DNA of 64,000 bases from Pseudobacteriovorax sp. (GCA_050293845.1 JBNKNM010000005.1:13417-77416), one strand, 5' to 3'. Shown: positions 32,406 through 41,927, counted from the stretch's first letter. Program-made: numbers and translations. The notes: generated from the sequence alone by a model not told the origin.

Positions 32406-32876
32406 ATGTACCGCAATAAAAAACTATTGCGCATGGCTTTAATCATGGCTCCGGTTCTCACATTATGTGCCGTTGGGGCTCGTCAAATAAAAGCAGCGTT
32501 TTATAACCCAGTTCTCACGACTTATGTAGAAATTAATGGTACAAATTACGGTCCCTTTGATGAAATAATCGGTATAGAGCAGTTTGCCTCCGATGGTTAC
32601 CCTCTTGAAAATAATACCAGTTACGCCACAATAAGGTTAGAGAGGGAATTTGTAACAAGCCCATCCCTTTACCTTTGGGCAAAGAACCGCATGCAACGCA
32701 AGGTAGGGTTACAGGATATTCATCTTATCACTGAGGATGAGTCGGGTGTGGTCGTTCAACATCAAGTATTACAATTATGCCAACCCTTATCATGGTCAGT
32801 GGAAGCGACGAATCCTACATTAGGTGGTTTTAATGAAACAATTGATCTCGCAGTCCAAAAAGTTACTGACCTATAA
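32406..32876 (+). CDS. T4 gp19/eCIS-type tail-tube-like protein with N-terminal signal or anchor
   Basis: Colinear match by eye to the gp19-family pattern (VEINGxxxGPFDEIIGI; YATIRLER; LYLW; IHLITEDESG; QPLSW; ETIDLA), preceded by a basic + hydrophobic leader; GGGAGA SD. Confidence 0.7.
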   Translation: MYRNKKLLRMALIMAPVLTLCAVGARQIKAAFYNPVLTTYVEINGTNYGPFDEIIGIEQFASDGYPLENNTSYATIRLEREFVTSPSLYLWAKNRMQRKVGLQDIHLITEDESGVVVQHQVLQLCQPLSWSVEATNPTLGGFNETIDLAVQKVTDL

Positions 32877-34149
32877 TGTACCTGCCTTACTATGCCTAGC
32901 TTTATTCTTATCTACTAACTCCTGTGAATTAGTAGATTCCAAGGAGTTAACCGAAGAGTTTAAACCGCATCAGGTGAACTTAATTCTGAAAAACAATGGG
33001 CAGCAGCTTATAATTGGTGCCAAATCCTGCCTCAAAGGACTTCAAGAGTTTGAGTTTTCCTTGCTTAGCCCCTACGGTTCCCATAAAGTGAAGCTTTCTA
33101 CTCCAAGTAATACTAGTTTGACAGGGTCATCTGTACTGTCCCTGGATGAACAAAAGTTCCTGCTTACCGATTGGGAGTTGCTAAGCTCTGCAACAAAGAA
33201 GCTTATCTGCCAAGCTCCCAGTGTTAAAAGCCATACCCTCCCCCACAATCAAGAACTGTCAACGCACTTACTGAGTAAATTGCAAACCATTGTTCCCATG
33301 TGCCATTTCAGTTTTTATGAAAATTCCTTGCGTTGCTCAATGAAACAAACCGACTATAACGATCTGAATACAACAATTCAGTCATTCGAGAAGAAACTGT
33401 TTCGCTTAAAACCTAGACATCCTTATGTACTAGCTCGTCGTATTGCTATAACGCGAAAGTTGTTTCAGGCGGTTTCATCCCAATTTCCACTCGATATTGA
33501 TGATATCTGCCGTATTGTCTCTTTATCGAGCAAGGAAGAGCTGCCTCTTCCATTACGGTCAAAGATATGGCTTACGAGTTGTCAGCAACAAAGCAATACT
33601 ACAAAAGATCAGTTTCTTCATACCACGCTTACTGAAGCCATTGGCGAAGCAAGTTACTTGCTCTCTGCATTTCAAGACACAAGCACCGGAGTCTTGACAG
33701 TCAGAATTCCTCTCAGCCAAGTCAATTACCGTAATTTTTGGGTGCGTCTTACGCCACAAAAGATAGATAAGTTTAGTGCTGCGGATGATAAGTGCTTCTG
33801 GCATCCACTTTATCCTGCAGCAACGCTAGAAAAATATGTTTATGCGCAGATTTTTCAGGATAAACTGAAGAACTCTTGTGTGGAAATAGCAGAGCCTATA
33901 ACTGCAGAAAACATCCACCAGATACTTCAAAGGTACATTGGTCAGAGCATCTCCAGCGAAACAGAATTTCCCATTAGCAACGGGCGGGGAAAGGTGCTCA
34001 CCCTACCTCCAGGGAGCTATAAATACGAACTAAGGATTAATCGTGCTCCCTTTGCCGCCCCCTTGCAGTTGCCTCCTCCTCAGCAGCTAACAGAGGGTAC
34101 TTTACGCTGGCGGTCTCCCCGAGCCTATCCTGTTATTTCAGATATTTAA
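32833..34149 (+). CDS. Hypothetical Cys-rich predicted lipoprotein
   Basis: Long ORF; hydrophobic leader ending LSTNS-C; C-terminal LTLPPGSYKYEL beta-sandwich-like segment; overlaps the upstream gene. Confidence 0.6.
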   Translation: MKQLISQSKKLLTYNVPALLCLALFLSTNSCELVDSKELTEEFKPHQVNLILKNNGQQLIIGAKSCLKGLQEFEFSLLSPYGSHKVKLSTPSNTSLTGSSVLSLDEQKFLLTDWELLSSATKKLICQAPSVKSHTLPHNQELSTHLLSKLQTIVPMCHFSFYENSLRCSMKQTDYNDLNTTIQSFEKKLFRLKPRHPYVLARRIAITRKLFQAVSSQFPLDIDDICRIVSLSSKEELPLPLRSKIWLTSCQQQSNTTKDQFLHTTLTEAIGEASYLLSAFQDTSTGVLTVRIPLSQVNYRNFWVRLTPQKIDKFSAADDKCFWHPLYPAATLEKYVYAQIFQDKLKNSCVEIAEPITAENIHQILQRYIGQSISSETEFPISNGRGKVLTLPPGSYKYELRINRAPFAAPLQLPPPQQLTEGTLRWRSPRAYPVISDI

Positions 34150-34222
34150 GCCTGTTTGCACATTTTAGACAATTCGGATATAGAATAGGGGCAGTTTAAT
34201 AACTTTATTTGTTGGGGCAACA

Positions 34223-34831
34223 ATGAAATATATCGTCGTTAGTGGCTCGCATCGTCAAAACTCTCAAAGTTTAAAGGTTTCAAAATACATCCAGTCTCGG
34301 CTTTCGACGCTGCTATCCGTGAAATCTTCCCTCATAGACCTCGGGAACAACCCCCTTCCCCTCTGGGATGAGAGTATCTGGTCCGAAAACCGCCCCCTCT
34401 GGGATGAGAAGTGGTCGCCCTTAGCTAAGGACATTCAGAGTGCGGATGGCATTGTCGTCACTTGCCCTGAATGGGGTGGTATGGTTCCTAGTGGCCTTAA
34501 AAACTTTTTCCTCCTTTGTGGCAATAAAGAACTGGGACATAAACCAGGTTTAATAGTATCTGTATCCGGATCCCGTAATGGCGCCTACCCTATATCAGAA
34601 TTGCGTATGAGTTCGTTTAAAAATAATCGAATCAATTACATACCGGACCATGTTATTGTTCGTGAAGTAGCTCAAGTCCTTAATGATGGAGCGCCAAAGG
34701 ACGAAGATGAGAAGTACCTGAGAGAGCGCATGGATTATTCTTTGAAAGTATTTCATGAATACGGTAAAGCCATGAGAGCTGTAAGAAGCAGTGGAATTAT
34801 AGATTTTGATGCTTTTCCCAACGGCATGTAA
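34223..34831 (+). CDS. NADPH-dependent FMN reductase family flavoprotein
   Basis: SGSHRQNSQS, PEWGG...LKNF, HKPGLIVSVS. Confidence 0.85.
   Translation: MKYIVVSGSHRQNSQSLKVSKYIQSRLSTLLSVKSSLIDLGNNPLPLWDESIWSENRPLWDEKWSPLAKDIQSADGIVVTCPEWGGMVPSGLKNFFLLCGNKELGHKPGLIVSVSGSRNGAYPISELRMSSFKNNRINYIPDHVIVREVAQVLNDGAPKDEDEKYLRERMDYSLKVFHEYGKAMRAVRSSGIIDFDAFPNGM
34358..34409 (+). repeat. 16-bp direct repeat inside the FMN reductase gene
   Basis: CCCCTCTGGGATGAGA at 34358 and 34394 (36-nt period), giving PLWDE twice. Confidence 0.8.
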
Positions 34832-35213
34832 CTCAGATCCGAAAATTTCACCGGACTCTTCGCTACTTCGGAAAAAAAGTGCCCTCATTAACGATGGTTA
34901 GCTCCGGTGCTTTTTCCTATGCCTCGATCGATCCAGGCGAAAATAGTACATCTGGCTCGCACCATGGGCAAGCCAGGAGTTAAAGAAAAATGCGGACTCA
35001 ATTTTTAGATCACCGATGGCAAGTCATACATCCGTTCCACCTCAGTTCCTCTCGAGAATGAGCACCGTAGTATTTCTTTTTTGACTAGGGCCACTTAAAA
35101 AGTTATACGCATAGTTTGCTAAAATGTGCTTCTGTGCTCATTTTCTTGCATGTGCGCTTTGACATACAAAGGACATCATAAGTCGTAAATTTCTACACAT
35201 TTAGGAACTGGTC

Positions 35214-36758
35214 ATGCTTGACGTACTCAGTAGTGGATTCAAGGAAGCAAAATTAAAATTCAAAGGGCGTGCGACTCTTTCGGAAGAAAATGTAAAAGAG
35301 GCTGTGGCCGCCATCCGCAAAAGCTTGCTAGAAGCAGACGTAGAGTATTCAGTCACCAAGCAGTTTCTCAAAAGGGTACAAGAAAAGGCTTTAGGCCAAG
35401 AAGTAACTTTAAAAGCTGGTTCCGGCGAGAAAAAGATAAAAGTTTCACCAGCAGACCATTTTATTAGGGTCTGTCAGGAAGAACTAGAATCCTTAATGGG
35501 TCCAATTGACGTGGATTTAAAATTTGCGGTCAACCGTCCCACATCTATTATGATGGTCGGCTTACAAGGAACTGGTAAAACAACTAGCACCGGCAAGCTA
35601 GCCACTTGGCTTATCAATCAGCATAAGAAAAAGCCCATGCTGGTAGCAGCAGATATATACAGACCAGCTGCCGTCAAGCAACTCAAGGTACTAGCCGAAC
35701 GCATCGGTATCCCCATGTTTCATATAGAAGGGGAAAACCCTGTCAAAATATGCCGGGAAGCTACAGCCAAAGCGTTTGAGTGGGGCTGTGACACCATCTT
35801 ATTCGACACTGCAGGCCGGCTAACCATTGATGATGCCTTGATGCAAGAGCTCAGCGATATTAAAGATCATACAAACCCCGACAATATAATGCTGGTTTGT
35901 GATGCGATGATGGGTCAAGATGCCGTTACCACAGCAAAGGCGTTCAACGACCGTCTTGATGTCAGCGGTGTCATTATGACAAAACTCGATGGTGATGCCC
36001 GCGGGGGTGCTGCCCTCAGTATCAAGGAAGTCATTGGTAAGCCTATCAAGTTCCTAGGCATGGGGGAAGAACTTGATCGACTCGAAGAATTTCGCCCTGA
36101 AGGCCTTGCCAGTCGTATCTTAGGTATGGGTGATGTAGTCGGCCTCATGCAGGACTTTAGCAAAGTTGTAGAAGAGGATCAGGAAGAGCAGGCTATGCGC
36201 ATGCTCCAGGGCCAGTTTAGTTATTTGGATTTTTATAAACAAATTGAAATGATACAAAAAATGGGTCCTCTAAAGGACCTCGTCGCTAAGCTTCCCATGC
36301 AAGATATGATTCCTGACGGAGCCCAAGTCGATGACAAGGAGCTAGTCAAATTAAAAGCAATGATTAATTCCATGACCAAAAATGAAAGGCTAGGCATTAA
36401 TCCTCTTGACCAAAGCCGCATGAACCGCATTGCCAAAGGCTCAGGACGCAAACTGAAAGAGGTACAAGAGCTTCATCAAAAGTTTAATGGCATGAAAAAG
36501 ATGATGGGAATGTTTGGCAAAAACATGGGGGGACTCATGGGCAAGATTCCTGGGATGGGGACCCTCGGAAAAATGAATAACCTACGCAAAATGGCCAAAG
36601 GCATGGAGGGGGGGATGCCCGATATGGGAGATCTCAGTGCTATGCTTGGTAGCGGTGATCCCCGTGGTGCATCCAAAAAACCGAATATCGACCGTGAAAA
36701 ACAAAGAAAGATGCGTAAAGCTGCCAAAAAAGCGCGCAAGAAAAATCGCAGGAAGTAA
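35214..36758 (+). CDS. ffh: Signal recognition particle protein
   Basis: GLQGTGKTT, DIYRPAA, DTAGR, TKLDGDARGGAALS, Met-rich M domain with RIAKGSG. Confidence 0.97.
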   Translation: MLDVLSSGFKEAKLKFKGRATLSEENVKEAVAAIRKSLLEADVEYSVTKQFLKRVQEKALGQEVTLKAGSGEKKIKVSPADHFIRVCQEELESLMGPIDVDLKFAVNRPTSIMMVGLQGTGKTTSTGKLATWLINQHKKKPMLVAADIYRPAAVKQLKVLAERIGIPMFHIEGENPVKICREATAKAFEWGCDTILFDTAGRLTIDDALMQELSDIKDHTNPDNIMLVCDAMMGQDAVTTAKAFNDRLDVSGVIMTKLDGDARGGAALSIKEVIGKPIKFLGMGEELDRLEEFRPEGLASRILGMGDVVGLMQDFSKVVEEDQEEQAMRMLQGQFSYLDFYKQIEMIQKMGPLKDLVAKLPMQDMIPDGAQVDDKELVKLKAMINSMTKNERLGINPLDQSRMNRIAKGSGRKLKEVQELHQKFNGMKKMMGMFGKNMGGLMGKIPGMGTLGKMNNLRKMAKGMEGGMPDMGDLSAMLGSGDPRGASKKPNIDREKQRKMRKAAKKARKKNRRK

Positions 36759-36769
36759 GGCAAAAAAAC

Positions 36770-38179
36770 ATGGACATGACACAAACAAGCTCTGGGAATA
36801 TTAACAGCAGAAAGAAAGTCTTAGTGGAAACCTGGGGCTGCCAAATGAATGTAGCCGACAGTGAAAACATGTTGAATATGCTGGCAAAGGAAAACTATCA
36901 GATCACCGACAGCGCTGAAGAGGCGGACTTAGTACTCCTCAATACCTGCCATATCCGCGAGAAAGCTAGCCACAAGGTTTTAAGCCGTTTAGGCCGGTTA
37001 CGGGACATCTCACGAGATACGAATCCGAAGATGAAAGTAGTCGTGGCCGGTTGTGTCGCCCAAGCTGAAGGCAAACGACTGATGGAAAAGGCCAGTAATA
37101 TCGATATACTGTTGGGTCCTGGAAAAATTAATGATCTGCCATCACTGTTGGCAGAAAATGCCCAAACGGGAAAAAAAGCTCTATCCATCGGATTCAGAGA
37201 CAAAAAGAACAATGAAGTCAATAAGATCTACGATCAATCTACAGAAGCCAAACCAACAATTTCAGGCAAGTCAGAAGTCAGCCGTTTTATCAATATTGCC
37301 CAAGGCTGCAACAATTTTTGTACGTTTTGCGTTGTGCCATTCACCCGTGGACGAGAAATATCCCGCACCATCAATGAAATCGTTAGTGAAGCTGAAAACC
37401 TCGTTTCTGAGGGAGCTAAGGAAATTACCCTGTTAGGCCAAAACGTTAATAGTTACGGCTTGGACTTACTCGAAGATGGACGGCTGAAAAAAACCACCAG
37501 GGGACCCTTTGTGGAACTTCTGTATGCTGTTGCCGGCATTTCTGGTTTAGATCGCCTGCGTTTTACGACATCAAACCCCCATGACTTTACCCAGGATATA
37601 GCAGAAGCCTTTCGCTTACTCCCCCAATTAGGCCGCTATATCCACTTACCGGTACAGTCAGGTCATGACGAGGTCTTGGAAAGAATGAAGCGGAAAGTTA
37701 CTGTTGATGAGTACTTACAGCGCATTCAATGGTTAAGATCGGTTGATTCAGAAATGGCCATTTCTACAGATTTAATCGTTGGTTTTCCCGGAGAAACGGA
37801 AGAGCAGTTTGCCGATACCCTAGACCTCATGGAAAAAGTACGCTATTCGTTCGTATACGCCTTTAAATATTCTCCCCGGAAAGGTACAGCAGCAGCACGC
37901 TTTCGTGATCAAGTTCCAGAAGAAGTAAAATCTAAGCGACTTGCTGCCCTCAATGAACTGCAGGATAAAATTACAATAGAACAAAACAGATCTGAAATAG
38001 GTCGGGAACGGGCGGTTCTTTGCCACTATGAGAGCAAAAAAGAACCCGGTGTTTTTTATGGTAGAACTGATCAATTTCGCTTAGTCAGAGTCAAAGCGAG
38101 CAGAAACCTAGTTGGCCAATTGTTTCCTGTTAGAATCGTTGATGGGAATAAAACAGCCCTTGTGGGTGAACTGGTATAA
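36770..38179 (+). CDS. miaB: tRNA-2-methylthio-N6-dimethylallyladenosine synthase
   Basis: TWGCQMN, NTCHIREKA, GCVAQ, CNNFCTFCVVP radical-SAM motif, YSPRKGT, TRAM-like C-terminus. Confidence 0.96.
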   Translation: MDMTQTSSGNINSRKKVLVETWGCQMNVADSENMLNMLAKENYQITDSAEEADLVLLNTCHIREKASHKVLSRLGRLRDISRDTNPKMKVVVAGCVAQAEGKRLMEKASNIDILLGPGKINDLPSLLAENAQTGKKALSIGFRDKKNNEVNKIYDQSTEAKPTISGKSEVSRFINIAQGCNNFCTFCVVPFTRGREISRTINEIVSEAENLVSEGAKEITLLGQNVNSYGLDLLEDGRLKKTTRGPFVELLYAVAGISGLDRLRFTTSNPHDFTQDIAEAFRLLPQLGRYIHLPVQSGHDEVLERMKRKVTVDEYLQRIQWLRSVDSEMAISTDLIVGFPGETEEQFADTLDLMEKVRYSFVYAFKYSPRKGTAAARFRDQVPEEVKSKRLAALNELQDKITIEQNRSEIGRERAVLCHYESKKEPGVFYGRTDQFRLVRVKASRNLVGQLFPVRIVDGNKTALVGELV

Positions 38180-38355
38180 GTATAAGCCTGGCCATAAGTT
38201 TCTGCCACCAGGCACAAAACCCTAGATCCCGGCTAAACCTCCCATAGCTTCCTATCTATAGCTTTAAGGTGGCGATTCATGATGCTTAGATAAGCCACAA
38301 GGGATAAGAAAAAAACGATGCCAAAAACAAAGTAAAGAGTATAAATCACAGCGTA

Positions 38356-39399
38356 CTACTCCTGAAAAAATGCATAAAACTCGATCCTGATATCTTCCCC
38401 ATTTGGGAAATCTGTCTTCAATTTAATATCCCCGGCAACACTTCCAGAAAGTCCTTCGGGATTAGTAATGCCAATGTCAATCATACGATCCATTTGTGGC
38501 TCTTGGGGAGGGTTAAACTTTATATATTTAGGGACCTCTACTTTTAACCCGTTAATATACATATTGATATCAAACGATGTTATAGAATATTGCCGATCAC
38601 TAGAGAGACGGATAGTTTTATGGGAGACTTGCTTCTTGCCCACAGAGCCAAAATCCAGATAATCCGGCTGAAAGGAGACATTGCCCCGAACCTTCGCTAC
38701 CACAGGAACGGGAATTGTTTTAAGGGTCGCATGGTCGGTATCAATCGCTATCATATCCCTTAAAATTCCTGGCTTGCTGTTTTCCATACGGATGTCTACA
38801 AGCCAATGTTCGGACTCTTTTCTCACTTGAACGTTAAAATTGGGGTTCTCTTCAACCCTTACTATCTGAAATGGCTTGCCATCTGCTGACTTGAGCTGAA
38901 CCCGTCGCACCGACTTTTCTCCCGCACGAATATTACCAAAATCTACCAGAGGAGGATTCACATCAATTGTAGGCTTTACCTTGGCTTTAAGCACCAAAGT
39001 TTTGACTTTCTTTCGGCGCTCGTTGGTCAGTATGGTAAAAGACTTAGAAACCCGACCTGAAAAGTCAGTGGTATCAAAGTAAACATCAATATACCCTTGC
39101 TCGCGAGGTCGGTAAACTTTTCCCTTGTCGAGTTTTACAACCGTACATCCGCAAGGTGTGTGTACGGCTTGGATGATGAGATCCCCTTTACCAATATTTT
39201 CAAAAATAAACCGATGTGTAAGGGCCTGACCACGGTGCACTTCTCCGAAATCTTTGACATACTGGTCAAATTTAACCAGACCTTCCTTTCTGGTTATCTG
39301 TGATACAATATCGTGGCTGTTTTTCGTTTCAACACCATATACATCTGTAATTATTATAAAAACCCAAATAAACATTGGTAGAAATTGCTTCAAGATCAT
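38356..39399 (-). CDS. Exported DUF1573 / tandem Ig-like domain protein
   Basis: DFGEV...HRFIFENIG..DL.I..V..PCGCT; repeated P..VDFG / PDYLDFG units; GAGGA SD before ATG 39399. Confidence 0.8.
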   Translation of the reverse strand: MILKQFLPMFIWVFIIITDVYGVETKNSHDIVSQITRKEGLVKFDQYVKDFGEVHRGQALTHRFIFENIGKGDLIIQAVHTPCGCTVVKLDKGKVYRPREQGYIDVYFDTTDFSGRVSKSFTILTNERRKKVKTLVLKAKVKPTIDVNPPLVDFGNIRAGEKSVRRVQLKSADGKPFQIVRVEENPNFNVQVRKESEHWLVDIRMENSKPGILRDMIAIDTDHATLKTIPVPVVAKVRGNVSFQPDYLDFGSVGKKQVSHKTIRLSSDRQYSITSFDINMYINGLKVEVPKYIKFNPPQEPQMDRMIDIGITNPEGLSGSVAGDIKLKTDFPNGEDIRIEFYAFFQE

Positions 39400-39557
39400 C
39401 GATTTCCTCTCAGCTTTCCGCAGGTAGGTCAACTTTAGAGACCCTATATTATAGCCGATTGTTTTAAGGAGCCATAGGGAATCCCCCTTAGGGCAAAAGT
39501 TTCCTATATCATTTCATGCCATTTGTCGATGAAAGCACAAATGAAGGAGGCTAATCC

Positions 39558-39902
39558 ATGCTGCTAGACTGGCTCAAATTCCTATATGAAGATGCTACAG
39601 CAAGCTATAATTCCATAGAAATGAATGACTTAGCATACCCCAGTTACATACTGCTTTGGCTCTTGCTGCTAATGTTCCCCCTGACCCGGGTTGATCGCAG
39701 CGACCCTATAGCTGGCCTTGTTTATGTTTTATTTTCCATAACAACTGGTGCCACTCTTATTTTTGGACTGCCAGGCGATTTCACATCTTTTAGCGATATT
39801 AATATACATTTTGCCATTCTACTGGGGATGGGTTGTATAGCAGCTTACCGTTGGTTTCATATCAACAACATTAAGAATGTATCACCTGAGAAGAAAAAAT
39901 AA
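39558..39902 (+). CDS. Small hypothetical membrane protein (about 3 TM)
   Basis: AAGGAGG SD; three hydrophobic segments. Confidence 0.65.
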   Translation: MLLDWLKFLYEDATASYNSIEMNDLAYPSYILLWLLLLMFPLTRVDRSDPIAGLVYVLFSITTGATLIFGLPGDFTSFSDINIHFAILLGMGCIAAYRWFHINNIKNVSPEKKK

Positions 39903-39916
39903 AAAGGACTTAAGTC

Positions 39917-40183
39917 ATGTCCCAACGCAGTAATAATTTTGATACAAAGTTAATTATTAACAGATCCCGCCAGACACTACTGGGGATCATCATTATTGTG
40001 TCCATAATTTTTTTCGCACTATTCATCTTAGAAGGAGTTCACAACGAAAATGGCTGGTTCATGATCGGACTACCTCTCTGCCTTGTAGGTTTATTATTCG
40101 TCTTATTTCCCCCTACGGAGGAATGGGATTATTCTCCGTGGCAAAGTCGGCCACAACAAATTGAACAGAGTAGTGAAAAATAG
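39917..40183 (+). CDS. Small hypothetical membrane protein (2 TM)
   Basis: AAGGA SD; two TMs followed by PPTEEWDYSPWQ. Confidence 0.65.
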   Translation: MSQRSNNFDTKLIINRSRQTLLGIIIIVSIIFFALFILEGVHNENGWFMIGLPLCLVGLLFVLFPPTEEWDYSPWQSRPQQIEQSSEK

Positions 40184-40191
40184 GATACTAA

Positions 40192-41109
40192 ATGAGTTTG
40201 CGACTAGTTTTTATCTTAGGAGTATTTTTTTTTCCTGGCTGTATGACACCATCACAAAATACCTTAAGTAAAAATTTTGAAGAAATTGAACTGATTGTTG
40301 GCAATCGCCCCCCAAGTATCAACATGTTTACAGATCCTGGGCCTATTGAAGTTAATATAAAAACTGATTTTGAAATACCCTTAACCACAAGCGAAAAGGT
40401 CATCACTGACCTTTATATCCCCTACCAGGAAGTCCAAGCTCCCTTACTGATCATTCAACACGGTAACCGTTCTTCCAAAGAGTTTCACAGTAAGCAGGCC
40501 TTTTTAGCTGCAAGCTGGGGGATTAACGTCATGACAGTAGAGCAACCGAATCGCGGGCAGTGGATAAAAAATGGTTATAATTTAGGGAATCTCACGCGAC
40601 TCCTTTATAAATGGCCGACACTACTTGATAAGAGATTTGATAAAAATAGAATCATCTTAGCAGGTCATTCCTTTGGAGGTTCTGCCGTTGCAATCGCAGC
40701 AGGGCAAGGTACTCCTGTTAGAGGTGTCATCTTTTTAGATCCTGCTCTTGTTCATAAAAAAGTAGAGGGCTTTTTGAAGAATATGAGTGTTCCAGCCATT
40801 CTCCTGGGTGCTGACCGGGAGGTATTCAAGTCCCGCAAACGAGAGTTTTTTTTCAAAAGAAAACCAAAAAATATTATTGAATTATCTTTTACAAATGCTA
40901 CCCACAACGATGCACAATACCCTAATATGTTTTCTTGGAGGCAGATTTTTGGAATTGATCCACGAACCGATGAGTATAGACAAAAGCAATTTGCAGCAGC
41001 TATAGTTGCAGCTACATTCAGCCTATGCACGGGGACAAGCAATCATTACTTTTTCGAGGCTATCCATGCCTGGAACTCCGCTGCTATTAAAAGCTATCGA
41101 TATAAATGA
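40192..41109 (+). CDS. Alpha/beta hydrolase, predicted lipoprotein
   Basis: Lipobox-like FFPGC; oxyanion motif IQHG; nucleophile elbow GHSFGG; FLDPA; His in NATHND. Confidence 0.8.
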   Translation: MSLRLVFILGVFFFPGCMTPSQNTLSKNFEEIELIVGNRPPSINMFTDPGPIEVNIKTDFEIPLTTSEKVITDLYIPYQEVQAPLLIIQHGNRSSKEFHSKQAFLAASWGINVMTVEQPNRGQWIKNGYNLGNLTRLLYKWPTLLDKRFDKNRIILAGHSFGGSAVAIAAGQGTPVRGVIFLDPALVHKKVEGFLKNMSVPAILLGADREVFKSRKREFFFKRKPKNIIELSFTNATHNDAQYPNMFSWRQIFGIDPRTDEYRQKQFAAAIVAATFSLCTGTSNHYFFEAIHAWNSAAIKSYRYK

Positions 41110-41156
41110 TTCAGTCTATCCCAGATATGAAAAATGGTACCTGATCGGGGTATCCG

Positions 41157-41822
41157 TTACTTGCTCTCGTCAAGACTTCTTTCTGAGTGCGTGGAGTTGA
41201 TGATATCTATTACAATCATCGTATCAGTTGCCTTAAAGGTCTCCTGGGGACTATAACTTTCCACAATTTCCAACCTTGTGGTTTGGGGCGTTGTGTATAG
41301 TACATCCCCATCGATCTGAACAGCCTGTTTCCCTCGGTGCAAAGAGTCGCTTGTATAAACCGTTTCTGAATGATCGGCATGATGCATACGAACCGTCAAG
41401 TAAAGACCTGCTTTTCTACAATCCGTAATAAGCGGTATAGAACGCTTTTTTCCGCTGTGGAATTGTGCTGATGCTAAGTTGAATTCGATAGCCTGGTCGG
41501 GACTCCAAAGCCCCACCGCACAGGAAGGATCTTCACTTGTAACAACACCCTTTAAGTTCTGTAAAGGGGGTTCAGATACTAGAGCTAAAGGAATTACCGA
41601 TATTACAAGCGCTGCTGCTCCTAGTAACATTACCTTGGGCCATATAGCTGATAGAGATTCCCCCCCCCTATTTCTTTTAACCACTAGCAGATGTACTTCT
41701 TCTTCGAGTTCGGCAGCAAACGCTTCCTCCCCTTTAAGTTGAAACTCCTGATCATATTCTTCTACTAAGTCCACCAATCTAGACAAGTAATTATCATCTA
41801 TTTTTGCTTTTTTCACTTCCAT
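41157..41822 (-). CDS. Single-pass membrane protein, putative anti-sigma-like factor
   Basis: Acidic N-terminus, one TM (VMLLGAAALVISVIPLALV), then LKG..C; lies downstream of the ECF sigma gene. Confidence 0.55.
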   Translation of the reverse strand: MEVKKAKIDDNYLSRLVDLVEEYDQEFQLKGEEAFAAELEEEVHLLVVKRNRGGESLSAIWPKVMLLGAAALVISVIPLALVSEPPLQNLKGVVTSEDPSCAVGLWSPDQAIEFNLASAQFHSGKKRSIPLITDCRKAGLYLTVRMHHADHSETVYTSDSLHRGKQAVQIDGDVLYTTPQTTRLEIVESYSPQETFKATDTMIVIDIINSTHSERSLDESK

Positions 41823-41927
41823 GGCTTGAGCTAACTCCCCTCTCTCCTTGAATTTCCCTTCACTAAAGAGACAAGCTGCAGCCGCAAATATTGCAGGATA
41901 TGAATTCTCAATAATTCTATTAACTTA

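Noticed and set aside
32406..34149. Prophage or complete contractile injection system
   Set aside because: No integrase, capsid, terminase, sheath, baseplate or spike genes; the flanks are housekeeping genes.
34358..34409. Direct repeat considered as a mini-CRISPR
   Set aside because: Only two 16-nt copies, in frame within a CDS, and no cas genes.
34832..35213. SRP RNA (ffs) next to ffh
   Set aside because: The conserved CAGG...GGAA.GCAGC domain IV motif was not found on either strand.
38186..38285. Possible c-di-GMP-I riboswitch-like sequence (GCCTGG...CCAGGC, GGCTAAACC...GGTGGCG)
   Set aside because: It lacks the GGCAAA/GAAA/GGGACGCAAA core and lies between convergent gene ends; more likely a simple 3' hairpin.
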